NCBI GenBank assembly: GCA_043801585.1
Contig: JAZDLX010000115.1
Location: 66,785 to 130,784, forward strand
Reading direction: 5' to 3'
Source: a bacterium
Lineage (GTDB): Bacteria > Electryoneota > Electryoneia > Electryoneales > Electryoneaceae
DNA: 64,000 nucleotides
Numbering within the stretch: the stretch's first letter is position 1; every line of letters begins with the position of its first letter. The notes under the pieces were generated by a model. That model made no database searches. It was not told the origin of the DNA and saw only the letters and a program-made list of their open reading frames with translations. Of the stretch, positions 55,683 to 64,000 are shown in pieces. A program made the position numbers and the translations under genes.

Positions 55683-57529
55683 CTTTGGCGAATCCCATCC
55701 TGGAGAAGAACCTCGCGGTTCTGCGTAAACGGGGACAGGTTCATCTTGTTGACACCCTGGCTTCGTTCGCGATCTCTGATAGGGTAGAGGCAAGCCTGGC
55801 CCGCAATGGTCAACCCACGCTCAAACTCAATGGGCAGGCGATTCACAGCGTCTACAATCCCGACCGGGAAGCTTCCACGCTCGCCGAAAAACTGTTCAGC
55901 GGTCTTGACCCTGAAAAACCGGTCGTGCTTGTGGGTGGCGGTTTCGGGTATATCGTCCAGCACGCAAAGAACCGATTGAAAAATGCAAGGATCGTTCTCG
56001 TCGAACCGGTGCCGGACGTTCTCGCAATGATTGTCCACACCTCTGACGTAACGGAGCTACTCACGGCCTGTGAAGTGGCATCCGGGAAGACCATTCCCGC
56101 GCTCGTCGAAAGCGTCCGTTCGATACTCGGTGATGATGCGAAGGACGCTCAAATCGTCGTACTCCCGGCGAGCCGGGAAGCTGCACCGCATGAAGTGGAT
56201 GCATTCGTACGCGCCATGCAGCCCAATGAAGCAACTGGATCACACACCGGCAACCTTCGCATCCTGCTTGTCGGGCCCGTGTATGGCGGCAGCCTTCCGA
56301 TTACCGGCTATGTCCACAATGCGCTGAAGAAACTTGGCCACACTGTGGAATGGCTTGATTTTTCACCGCTGCATTCAAGCGTTCAGTTCTTCGACGGATT
56401 GACCAGCGATTCCGGCCATCGCATCGCCCTGCAGGGCCAGTATACGCACCTGATGGCACAGGCGGTTCTTGCTCGTGCCCAGGTCTTTCAGCCTCAAATC
56501 GTGTTCTTCATGGCGCAGTCGCCCGGCACGCCGGACGTCCTGAACGAGTTGCGCAAGGCGGGAATTCCGACAGCTATCTGGTTTGTCGAGGACGGACAAC
56601 TGTTTGATTACGGTGTCAAAATGGCGCCGCATTATGATGTCTTCTTCCACATTCAAGACGATTCGTTTGCTGATCGTCTTGCAAATGCCGGGGCTCGTCA
56701 TATCCATTACCTGCCTTTAGCGGCCGATCCGGACGTCCACCGGCCGCTGGAACTGACAAGCGAGGAGAAGGCCGAATTTGGAAGTGACTTGAGCCATGTC
56801 GGAGCCGGCTATCCGAACCGTCGGAAATTCTTCCCGGCGCTTCTCGATTACGATTTCAAACTTTGGGGTAGTGATTGGGATCAGCCCGGTCCCCTCGGCC
56901 GGATTCTCCAACGGAATGGAGCTCGAGTTTCCACGGAAGATTCCGTGAAAATCTTCAACGCCAGCAGGATCAATCTGAATCTTCATTCAGCAACTCACAT
57001 CGATGGCGTGAATCCGGACGGTGATTTCATCAATCCGAGGACGTTCGAACTGGCGGCCTGCGGTGCGTTTCAGCTCGTCGACCAAAGACTCCTGTTGAAC
57101 CGTGTCTTCACTCATGGCAAAGAGATTATCACCTTCAGCAACCTCCGTGATTGCCGGGAAAAGATCGACTATTACCTGAACCATCCGGATGAGGCAAAAA
57201 CAGTCGCTGAAGCTGCCCGGAAGGTGGTGCTCACGCAGCACACCTATGTTCACCGGATGAGGGAAGCGATCGGCATGATTCTCGACACCTGCCACGTTCC
57301 TGAAAGCCGTGTGAAAGAGAATACCGTCGCTGCTCTGGTCGAGGAAGCGGGTGATGACGTGGAACTCGTGAACCTGTTCAAACGGATGGGACAACCTGAA
57401 GATGAGCTGACCCTCCAAAACCTTGCGGAGCGGATTCGGCACGAAGAGGGGGAGTTGAATGAGACTGAGGCGATTTTTCTGCTGATGGATGAATTCCATT
57501 CATGGGCCAAGGAAAAAGGAGTCGTATGA
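55679..57529 (+). CDS. Maf-N-like domain fused to a CgeB-family glycosyltransferase
   Basis: LEKNLAVL, ARNGQPTL, IHSVYNPDREA, GGGFGY; WFVED, YLPLAADP, SHVGAGYPNR, INPRTFELAACGAFQLVD, HTYVHRM; GTG overlaps the upstream stop. Confidence 0.86.
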   Translation: MTLANPILEKNLAVLRKRGQVHLVDTLASFAISDRVEASLARNGQPTLKLNGQAIHSVYNPDREASTLAEKLFSGLDPEKPVVLVGGGFGYIVQHAKNRLKNARIVLVEPVPDVLAMIVHTSDVTELLTACEVASGKTIPALVESVRSILGDDAKDAQIVVLPASREAAPHEVDAFVRAMQPNEATGSHTGNLRILLVGPVYGGSLPITGYVHNALKKLGHTVEWLDFSPLHSSVQFFDGLTSDSGHRIALQGQYTHLMAQAVLARAQVFQPQIVFFMAQSPGTPDVLNELRKAGIPTAIWFVEDGQLFDYGVKMAPHYDVFFHIQDDSFADRLANAGARHIHYLPLAADPDVHRPLELTSEEKAEFGSDLSHVGAGYPNRRKFFPALLDYDFKLWGSDWDQPGPLGRILQRNGARVSTEDSVKIFNASRINLNLHSATHIDGVNPDGDFINPRTFELAACGAFQLVDQRLLLNRVFTHGKEIITFSNLRDCREKIDYYLNHPDEAKTVAEAARKVVLTQHTYVHRMREAIGMILDTCHVPESRVKENTVAALVEEAGDDVELVNLFKRMGQPEDELTLQNLAERIRHEEGELNETEAIFLLMDEFHSWAKEKGVV

Positions 57530-59103
57530 ACGTTCTCCTGATCAATCTGGCGCGCATGGGCGATCTCGTGCAGATAACATCCGTATCCCAGGGACTGAAA
57601 GAGGAACTGGGCGCCCGGGTGACTCTGCTCGCCCCGTCCCGCTATGCGGAATTCGCGCAAAGATTGGCAGGAGTCGACGAAGTCTTCAGCATTGATGATA
57701 CAAACCTTTCGCAGAATAGTGCTTTCGAATCGTCCGCGATCTATGCCGATCCTCTGTTAAGGCAGTGCGTGGCAACTCTGAACTCACGTTCCTTCAACCT
57801 CGTCATCAACCTCACTCACGACGAGCTTTCCACAGCCCTCGCCGTCGCAGTGGGTGCCCGGACGATTCGAGGACGATTTGGGCAACCCGGCTATATCCAG
57901 GTTCGAGGTGATGCTTTCCGCTATTTCTATGCAATCCTTGAGCACCGGGAGATGAACGGAATCAATCTGTGTGACATCTATCGAATCGGAGCCGGGATCA
58001 AGACTGGCCACCGTCCCGTTTCAATGACTCTGCTTCCGGAGGATCTCGTCGCGGTACGCAGAAGGATTGGCGCAACGGCACGGCCCACGATCCTCCTGCA
58101 TCCCGGCGCAAACCATCCGCACCGCAGATGGCCGGCAGAGAGCTATGGAAAGCTGGCTTCGCTGCTCAGGTCCGAAGGTGCGGAGGTTCTCGTACTTGCC
58201 GGACCCGGTGAGAATGAATTGGCATCGGCGGTGGAACGGGCATCGCAGGGAACCGCGCGTGTGATTCCGGGAGCTGTGCCCGCCGAGCTGCTGCCCGCAC
58301 TGATGTCACAGGCCGATCTGGTAATCACCAACGACACCGGACCCCTGCACATCGCCGCTGCGGTTGGAACTCCAACCCTTTCACTGTTCCTGGCGATGGC
58401 GCGTCCTCAGGATACCGGACCTTATGCACCCGGCCAGTTGATCTTCGAGACGCTCGAGAACTGCCATCCCTGTCCGGAGCACCATACATGCGATTCCGTG
58501 GTGTGCGGCCAGTCGATCCCCGTGGAAGCGGTTTTCGCAGCTGCGCGTGTCCGTCTGAACGGCGCCATGCCAACATCAATGGACTTTCAGGCATATGGTG
58601 GTCGTTACCGGGTTATGGTTACACAGTGGGATGCGAACGGGATGCTGGCGCTTCATGAAATCCATCAATCCGCGCCCAAACCGGAAGGAATTGATTCCAG
58701 TGAAACGTGGACGCCGTTCTGGCTTGCGCTGTTTGACGGACAATTACCCACACAGGATCAACTTCGTCTGATTCAAGGCATGATGGGAATCGATGACCAG
58801 CGCGCACTGCTCGCGGTCGCTACGCTCTGCGAAGGAATTCTCGCTCGCTTGAACGGCGAGGATCTTAGAGATGGAAATGGAAATCTCTTGAGTGTGTCCA
58901 TCCTTGAAGATATCGCGTTGCAGGAGGAGAATCGGTCGAATTCAGTGAAACCCATCCTGTTGCCATTCCGCCTTGAACGGGAAGCGCTCTATGCTCGTGG
59001 CGTCGATGTCGTTCGCCGGGAGGCGAAAAGCCGTTTCACACGCTGGATCCGGGCACTCACCGCGTTGAGCCCCGATGCCGTCCGCGAGGAGGTGGCGGCA
59101 TGA
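57526..59103 (+). CDS. GT9-family glycosyltransferase with Cys4 motif
   Basis: LINLARMGDLVQ, HPGA...RRWP, ITNDTGPLHIAAAVG, TGPY, CHPC. Confidence 0.9.
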   Translation: MNVLLINLARMGDLVQITSVSQGLKEELGARVTLLAPSRYAEFAQRLAGVDEVFSIDDTNLSQNSAFESSAIYADPLLRQCVATLNSRSFNLVINLTHDELSTALAVAVGARTIRGRFGQPGYIQVRGDAFRYFYAILEHREMNGINLCDIYRIGAGIKTGHRPVSMTLLPEDLVAVRRRIGATARPTILLHPGANHPHRRWPAESYGKLASLLRSEGAEVLVLAGPGENELASAVERASQGTARVIPGAVPAELLPALMSQADLVITNDTGPLHIAAAVGTPTLSLFLAMARPQDTGPYAPGQLIFETLENCHPCPEHHTCDSVVCGQSIPVEAVFAAARVRLNGAMPTSMDFQAYGGRYRVMVTQWDANGMLALHEIHQSAPKPEGIDSSETWTPFWLALFDGQLPTQDQLRLIQGMMGIDDQRALLAVATLCEGILARLNGEDLRDGNGNLLSVSILEDIALQEENRSNSVKPILLPFRLEREALYARGVDVVRREAKSRFTRWIRALTALSPDAVREEVAA

Positions 59104-62057
59104 AACGTCCAGTGGCGATCCTCAACATGACCCGGATGGGTGACTTGCTGATGACAGGGCCGATGCTGCATCGTCTGCGCGAAGAATGGCCCGGTCACGA
59201 GCTCCATCTGATCGCGGTGGAGGGATTCCTGCCCATCGCGTCAGGCATGGATGTCGACAGAGTAATTTCCATCGATTTTAACAAGCTGACGACCCTCGCG
59301 GTGGACGCCGGTCAAGGCCATAAGTGGAATCTTGCGAGCGTGCTGGAGGAATTCCGCCAGGCGATCCGTGAACTGCAAGCCATCGACTATGAGGCGATCT
59401 ACAACATCAGCCACACACGGATCAGCGCAATTGTTGCCACGATGCTCAATGGGAGTGTTCACGGCGGCCTGCATCTCGACAGGGAAGGGTTCAGGAGAAT
59501 CGAGGGGCGTTGGGCTCGCAACTGGTTTTCCGGCAACCTGAACCGCGGAGTGAACCCCTTCCACCTCGTCGACATGAACATCGGAATCGCTGGTGGAGGC
59601 TATTTCCAGGCGGAAAAACGCAAGCTCCATTACCGTGTGTCAGGCAAAGCACGACGGGAATGCAACGAGATCCTTGAATCCAAGGGGATCGATCAACATA
59701 CCCGGGTGGTTGCCGTTCAGGTGGGTGCGTCCGCAGACGACAAACGATGGGAGCCTGAGAAATTCGGGCGAGTCGCTTCCATACTGATGAAAAAGTCAGG
59801 CGTCCGGCCTGTGTTTGTCGGCACGGAAACGGAACGGGAATGGGCTGAGACCGCGGCAATCGTCGCCGGTTCGGGGGCGGTAGTTCTGGCGGGGGAAACC
59901 TCGCTTCCAGTTCTCGCGGCTCTTCTCGAGCGCAGCTCGATGCTGATCACCAATGACACCGGTACGATGCACCTCGCTCAATCAGTGGGCACTCGTTCGC
60001 TCGACATCACTCTTGGGGCGGCTCTGTCCGACGAAACCGGACCCTATGGAGCGGGCAATGTGATCATCGAACCGGACATCGCCTGCTTCCCCTGCAGATT
60101 CGACACTATCTGTCCACACTACAATTGTCACAGCCATATCACTCCAGAGTTAGTGGCGAAAGTGGCGCAAGCAATGCTCGAGAATCATTCGCTCGCAGAC
60201 AGCGTCGAAGCCACAGAATCGAACGGTGTGCATCTCTGGACAACCGGATTCGATGCTGATGGATGGTGGCGCAAAACACCGCTGAACAGCAAGAGGTTGC
60301 AGGTCAAAGATGTTATCCGTGTGTGTTACCGGGAAGTACTGAAAGCCGATCTGGAATCCGGTATCCGTCCCCATGGTGCCAATCCGTCGCTGGTTAAAAC
60401 GGAGATGAAAGCCTACGATTCGAGGGGTATCGATCTGGCGGACGCTCTGATGTTCGATGTCAAAATGGGCATGAAGCTGCTTGATGAGGCCGAGGTTGCA
60501 ATCGGTCTGGCGGAGAATATCCTCACGGCTTCCGCGGACGCAATGAACAAGGTGGACAACCTTCTGCGGTACAGCCGGGAGCTGGCGAACGTTGATGAGC
60601 GGATTCTGCAAAATTACATGCACAGCGACCTATGGTCGCCGGTGATGGCGCTGTTCCGTTTCGATTTGGAGAACATCCCCACGGAAGGCCTCGAGGATCA
60701 ATCGCGCAGCACGCTTGATCTGCACCGGAGAATGAAACGTCTCGTGTCATCGATGCTGCAGCTGATCTCTGAGATTTCAGGAATGACGGCTGCAAAAGGG
60801 GACTCGTCCAGACAGATTGTGGAATCGAGGGGTGCCTTGCCGAGACAAGCGTTGAACAGCTACGAAGCTTTCCGCCGCCCGAGAATGCGCGGCGAGCGGT
60901 TGAACGTTGTACTGCCGACAAGCGGCTACTACCTGCAACAGGAAATCGCCACGGCGTTGACTCGCCTTGGTCACCGGGTCCATCCGCTGCCTTTCGAAGG
61001 CAGGGACGATGTGATCGAACGATTGTTGATGCTGAGCAGGGAAGCGGACCTGCTGATCACTGTGAATCACCTTGGCTTCGATCAGCATGGAGAACTTGCG
61101 AACCTTCTCGATCGCATCGAATTGCCTTACATCTCATGGTTCGTGGATCGTCCCGCGTTCATCCTCCTCGATCACACGATCGGCGCAATGGACAACGCCA
61201 TGATCGCCACCTGGGAACAGGCCACCATCGAGGAGATCCGATCCTACGGCTTCGAAAAGGTGATCTACCTGCCGCTGGCAACAGACGAAAAACGTTTTAC
61301 CCCGAATGGACGGGGAGTCGAAGGCGGAGCCCTTCGCTGGGTGGCCAACTCGATGGTTTCGGCATGCAGGGAATGGCAGGAAAAAGCGTCCCTCTATGAC
61401 GGCAATCCACTGCTCGACAGAGCTGTTGCCCTACAGCGAACGGGACGGCTTGAACCCATGGAAGTCCTGGCGGCGGCGGCTTCTGCGGAGGGGATTGACA
61501 TTCAGGGCTGGGACCACCGCAGAAAACTGACATCAGCCTCGGCGATTGCACTGACGGCGACTCGCGAATTGCGCAGGGATCTTTCACAGGAAGCCTCGCC
61601 GTTGGGGTTGCAGATCTACGGCGATCCAGGTTGGGAGGAACTCGCAGCTCAGGCGATTCGCCGGCCTCCCGTTGAGTATCCACGCGGTCTCGCGGAAGTG
61701 TATCGCAATGCGGTCCACCTGAATGTGACAAGCTATCAGATGCCAACCGCAGTCAATCAGCGGGTCTTCGACGTTCCCGCAGCCGGTGGCATTTTGATCA
61801 CGGACAACCAGGAGGCGCTCGGCGACCTGTTCGAACCGGAAAGCGAATGCTTCGTTTTCACCGAACCCACTGAAATCAAAGAAAAAATCATCTGGATACG
61901 GAAGAACCCGGAAGACGCAGAAAAGCGGTCGATCCGGGCGCGGCAAAGAATTCTGGACGAACACACATACACACACAGGATGCGGACGCTTCTTGAACAG
62001 GCTCGCATGCATGTTTTCAGCGCTTCCGTGTCTACAGCAGGAGGAGAAGTACGATGA
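59100..62057 (+). CDS. GT9 + CgeB-family glycosyltransferase fusion
   Basis: LNMTRMGDLLM, QVGAS..KRW, ITNDTGTMHLA, ETGPYG, CFPC; then SWFVD.P, YLPLATD, QMPTAVNQRVFDVPAAGG, HTYTHRM. Confidence 0.9.
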   Translation: MKRPVAILNMTRMGDLLMTGPMLHRLREEWPGHELHLIAVEGFLPIASGMDVDRVISIDFNKLTTLAVDAGQGHKWNLASVLEEFRQAIRELQAIDYEAIYNISHTRISAIVATMLNGSVHGGLHLDREGFRRIEGRWARNWFSGNLNRGVNPFHLVDMNIGIAGGGYFQAEKRKLHYRVSGKARRECNEILESKGIDQHTRVVAVQVGASADDKRWEPEKFGRVASILMKKSGVRPVFVGTETEREWAETAAIVAGSGAVVLAGETSLPVLAALLERSSMLITNDTGTMHLAQSVGTRSLDITLGAALSDETGPYGAGNVIIEPDIACFPCRFDTICPHYNCHSHITPELVAKVAQAMLENHSLADSVEATESNGVHLWTTGFDADGWWRKTPLNSKRLQVKDVIRVCYREVLKADLESGIRPHGANPSLVKTEMKAYDSRGIDLADALMFDVKMGMKLLDEAEVAIGLAENILTASADAMNKVDNLLRYSRELANVDERILQNYMHSDLWSPVMALFRFDLENIPTEGLEDQSRSTLDLHRRMKRLVSSMLQLISEISGMTAAKGDSSRQIVESRGALPRQALNSYEAFRRPRMRGERLNVVLPTSGYYLQQEIATALTRLGHRVHPLPFEGRDDVIERLLMLSREADLLITVNHLGFDQHGELANLLDRIELPYISWFVDRPAFILLDHTIGAMDNAMIATWEQATIEEIRSYGFEKVIYLPLATDEKRFTPNGRGVEGGALRWVANSMVSACREWQEKASLYDGNPLLDRAVALQRTGRLEPMEVLAAAASAEGIDIQGWDHRRKLTSASAIALTATRELRRDLSQEASPLGLQIYGDPGWEELAAQAIRRPPVEYPRGLAEVYRNAVHLNVTSYQMPTAVNQRVFDVPAAGGILITDNQEALGDLFEPESECFVFTEPTEIKEKIIWIRKNPEDAEKRSIRARQRILDEHTYTHRMRTLLEQARMHVFSASVSTAGGEVR

Positions 62058-62662
62058 ACGTGATCGTGGATGGCAAGTCGGTGGATCTGCCACTCGAGGG
62101 ACAGAACACGATCGGGGATGTTGTCGGCCTTGTGTCCAGTGACCTGGATACAAAGCGGCGAATCATCAGGGTGATCGTCGATGGACAGGACATCACCGGT
62201 CAGGCGCAGGCTCACATGCAGGCCATGAACGGAGCGAAAACGATTGAGATTACAACCGGCCTTGCATCCGAACTCGCACTCGAAACTATTGACGGTATCA
62301 AGGAATTCCACAATGCGCTCGAGTTGGAGTTGAACCGGGCCGCGGACGAATTCCGGATGGGCAACACCTTGAAATCCAACGAGATGTTTGCTCGTTGCGT
62401 GGACGGCCTGCAAATCCTGCTGCGCACCACCATTTCGGTGGCTAACCTGCTCCAGGTTGACAGCAAGGATATCAATGCGGGTTCGCACAAGATGAGCGAT
62501 GTGACCCAAAACATCTCGAACGTGCTTGAGGAACTGATCAACGCTCAGGTCAATCGTGATTCGATCCTGATCGCCGATCTCATCGAGTACGAACTTAAAC
62601 CTCTCTTGGACGATTGGCAGGATGCCCGTGAAAATCTTCGCAGGATCGGAAAGGCGGCCTGA
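62054..62662 (+). CDS. Hypothetical protein (beta-grasp-like N-terminus + helical bundle)
   Basis: SD GGAGG, coupled to both neighbours; MNVIVDG...RVIVDG; DSILIADLIEYELKPLL. Confidence 0.8.
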   Translation: MNVIVDGKSVDLPLEGQNTIGDVVGLVSSDLDTKRRIIRVIVDGQDITGQAQAHMQAMNGAKTIEITTGLASELALETIDGIKEFHNALELELNRAADEFRMGNTLKSNEMFARCVDGLQILLRTTISVANLLQVDSKDINAGSHKMSDVTQNISNVLEELINAQVNRDSILIADLIEYELKPLLDDWQDARENLRRIGKAA

Positions 62663-63075
62663 TGTCACCCGATTCCCCACAGAACAAGGAGCAGATCCTC
62701 GGTGAACTGCTGTCTATCACGGAAAAAGCGGTTCGAGCCGCAAGGATCGATCATCGGCCGGAATTGCAGAGCCTGTTGAATCGGCGTGAGCGCCTTCTGG
62801 CAATGCTTTGGAACTTTGATCCCGACCTGCCGTTGCCTTCGTTCGAAGAGGGGAATATCGGCAACGTTCAACCCTCGCTGACGAATCGGGAAAAGTCGTT
62901 GCTGAAGAAAGTAACGTCGTTAGATAACAAACTCTTAACGCACATGCACTCCAGCAGGGAGCGGCTTCTGGTTGAGCAGAATGACCTGCGGCGGGGTGAA
63001 CGGGTGATCTCCGGCCTGCGCCATCTTGCAAGAGATGGCAAAACAGGGGGAAAAAGAGTGGATATACGAGGTTAA
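62662..63075 (+). CDS. Small helical protein, FliT-like chaperone candidate
   Basis: LLSITE, LQSLLNRRERLL, LLKKVTSLD; position before flagellin; ends VDIRG. Confidence 0.6.
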   Translation: MSPDSPQNKEQILGELLSITEKAVRAARIDHRPELQSLLNRRERLLAMLWNFDPDLPLPSFEEGNIGNVQPSLTNREKSLLKKVTSLDNKLLTHMHSSRERLLVEQNDLRRGERVISGLRHLARDGKTGGKRVDIRG

Positions 63076-63185
63076 GTACCTGTTCTTTTACAAGCTGCAG
63101 ACGCAGTGCGAGAATTACGCAATGTGAACGGTTGATGCGAACCTTCATCGTTCGGGTTGTACTCCAGCGAACATGAAAGTCCCGC

Positions 63186-63213
63186 TCAAGGTTTACCCCA
63201 TAGTTGCCGATAG
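63186..63213 (+). promoter_or_regulatory. sigma28 (FliA) promoter of flagellin
   Basis: T-CAAGGTTT-N11-GCCGATAG versus consensus TAAAGTTT-N11-GCCGATAA. Confidence 0.85.
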
Positions 63214-63223
63214 AGGCAATAGC

Positions 63224-63261
63224 AAGGGATTCCTCTTCGGGACATAGTGCAAGGAGGTGCA
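63224..63261 (+). promoter_or_regulatory. Putative CsrA-binding sites in the flagellin leader
   Basis: Three GGA motifs; TGCA-AGGAGG-TGCA hairpin (63248-63261) displays the SD in a 6-nt loop. Confidence 0.55.
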
Positions 63262-63263
63262 GC

Positions 63264-64000
63264 ATGAGTACTCGCATTAACCACAACATCCTCGCACTCA
63301 CCGCCCAAAGGAATATCTATCGAACCCAGTTAGATCTGGACAGCGCGCTCACGCGGCTTTCCTCGGGTTTGCGGATCAACTATTCCTGGGACGACCCTGC
63401 GGGGTTGGCGGTGAGCGAGAGATTCCGTGCCCAAATCTCCTCCATGGTAGAGGCGGAACGGAATGCAAATTACGACGTCAATCTTCTGGCTACAGCGGAA
63501 GGTTCCCTGCAGACGATTGACAACACTCTTTCACGTATGCGTGCATTGTCGATCCAGGCGTCCAACGGCGCGTTGGCATCCCAGGACCGAGCTTCGCTGG
63601 ATGAAGAATTTCAGCAACTCTCGTCCGAAATCACGCGTATTGCAAACACCACGAATTACAACGGCTTGTATCTGCTGAGTGGGGACTATTCCACGAATGG
63701 AATCAAGTTCCACATCGGCACGTACAACGTGAGTGGCCAGGATTACTACTACGTCACGTTGAACAACATGGGCGCCAGCGCCCTCGGGCTGACAGGGCTG
63801 AACCTGCTGAGCACACTCAGTGCCCAGAACTCGATCGCTTCGCTGGATGCTGCAATCAACACCAAGGATACCGAGCGTACACGCATCGGATCGCAAGTAT
63901 CGCGTCTGCAGAACACGATCATGAACCTGCAAATCGCCAGGGAGAATGCTTCGGCTTCGGAGTCGACCATCCGTGATGCGGATATCGCAAACGAGATGAG
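63264..64000 (+). CDS. fliC: Flagellin (runs off the window end; missing from the ORF track)
   Basis: MSTRINHNILAL...RLSSGLRINYSWDDPAGLAVSE...TAEGSL...RIANTTNYNG...RIGSQVSRL...ASESTIRDADIANEM. Confidence 0.97.
   Translation, partial: MSTRINHNILALTAQRNIYRTQLDLDSALTRLSSGLRINYSWDDPAGLAVSERFRAQISSMVEAERNANYDVNLLATAEGSLQTIDNTLSRMRALSIQASNGALASQDRASLDEEFQQLSSEITRIANTTNYNGLYLLSGDYSTNGIKFHIGTYNVSGQDYYYVTLNNMGASALGLTGLNLLSTLSAQNSIASLDAAINTKDTERTRIGSQVSRLQNTIMNLQIARENASASESTIRDADIANEM

Noticed and set aside
3085..62680. Many long minus-strand ORFs (e.g. 3085-4194, 11250-12221, 34191-35243, 41970-42953, 61757-62680)
   Set aside because: All lie opposite well-supported plus-strand genes and show no protein-family signal
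1..64000. CRISPR arrays, IS elements, prophage, rRNA/tRNA, defence systems
   Set aside because: No spaced direct repeats, transposase/integrase motifs or stable-RNA signatures were seen; coding density leaves little room

Overview
Bacterial chromosomal window, moderately GC-rich, with every supportable gene on the + strand. Positions 1-7741 hold housekeeping and envelope genes: dnaB 3' end, bifunctional rel/spoT, HU/IHF, yqgF/ruvX, a Gfo/Idh/MocA oxidoreductase, lnt, a small membrane protein, bamD and nadD. From 7922 to the end is one ~56 kb flagellar super-cluster: flgBC-orf-fliEFGHIJ-motE-like-fliK, flgD-TIGR02530-like-flgE-flbD-motAB-fliLM-fliY/N-fliO-fapA-fliPQ-(hybrid kinase, REC-HD-GYP)-fliR-flhB, flhAFG-orf-fliA-orf-TPR, flgFGAHI-flgJ/SLT-flgNKL, a 13 kb glycosyltransferase island (GT2-TPR, 3 GT9 domains, 3 CgeB-like domains), two small genes, and the start of a minimal flagellin. 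The organism is a diderm (bamD, lnt, L/P rings). It has Firmicute/deltaproteobacterial-style accessory genes, which suggests an FCB-like or other deep-branching lineage (inference only). I read four sigma54 promoters directly from the sequence, each preceded by a helically phased CGGCA-N5-TGCCG-like palindrome, plus a sigma28 promoter and CsrA-type sites at fliC. The best candidate for an undescribed system is a 163-nt, highly structured flgE leader RNA. It sequesters the flgE ribosome-binding site, shares an exact 13-mer with the flgD leader, and lies directly downstream of a function-unknown flagellar gene carrying an RNase-toxin-like SxHAxxRxxxRGI motif. All calls come from motif recognition by eye; no database searches were run.
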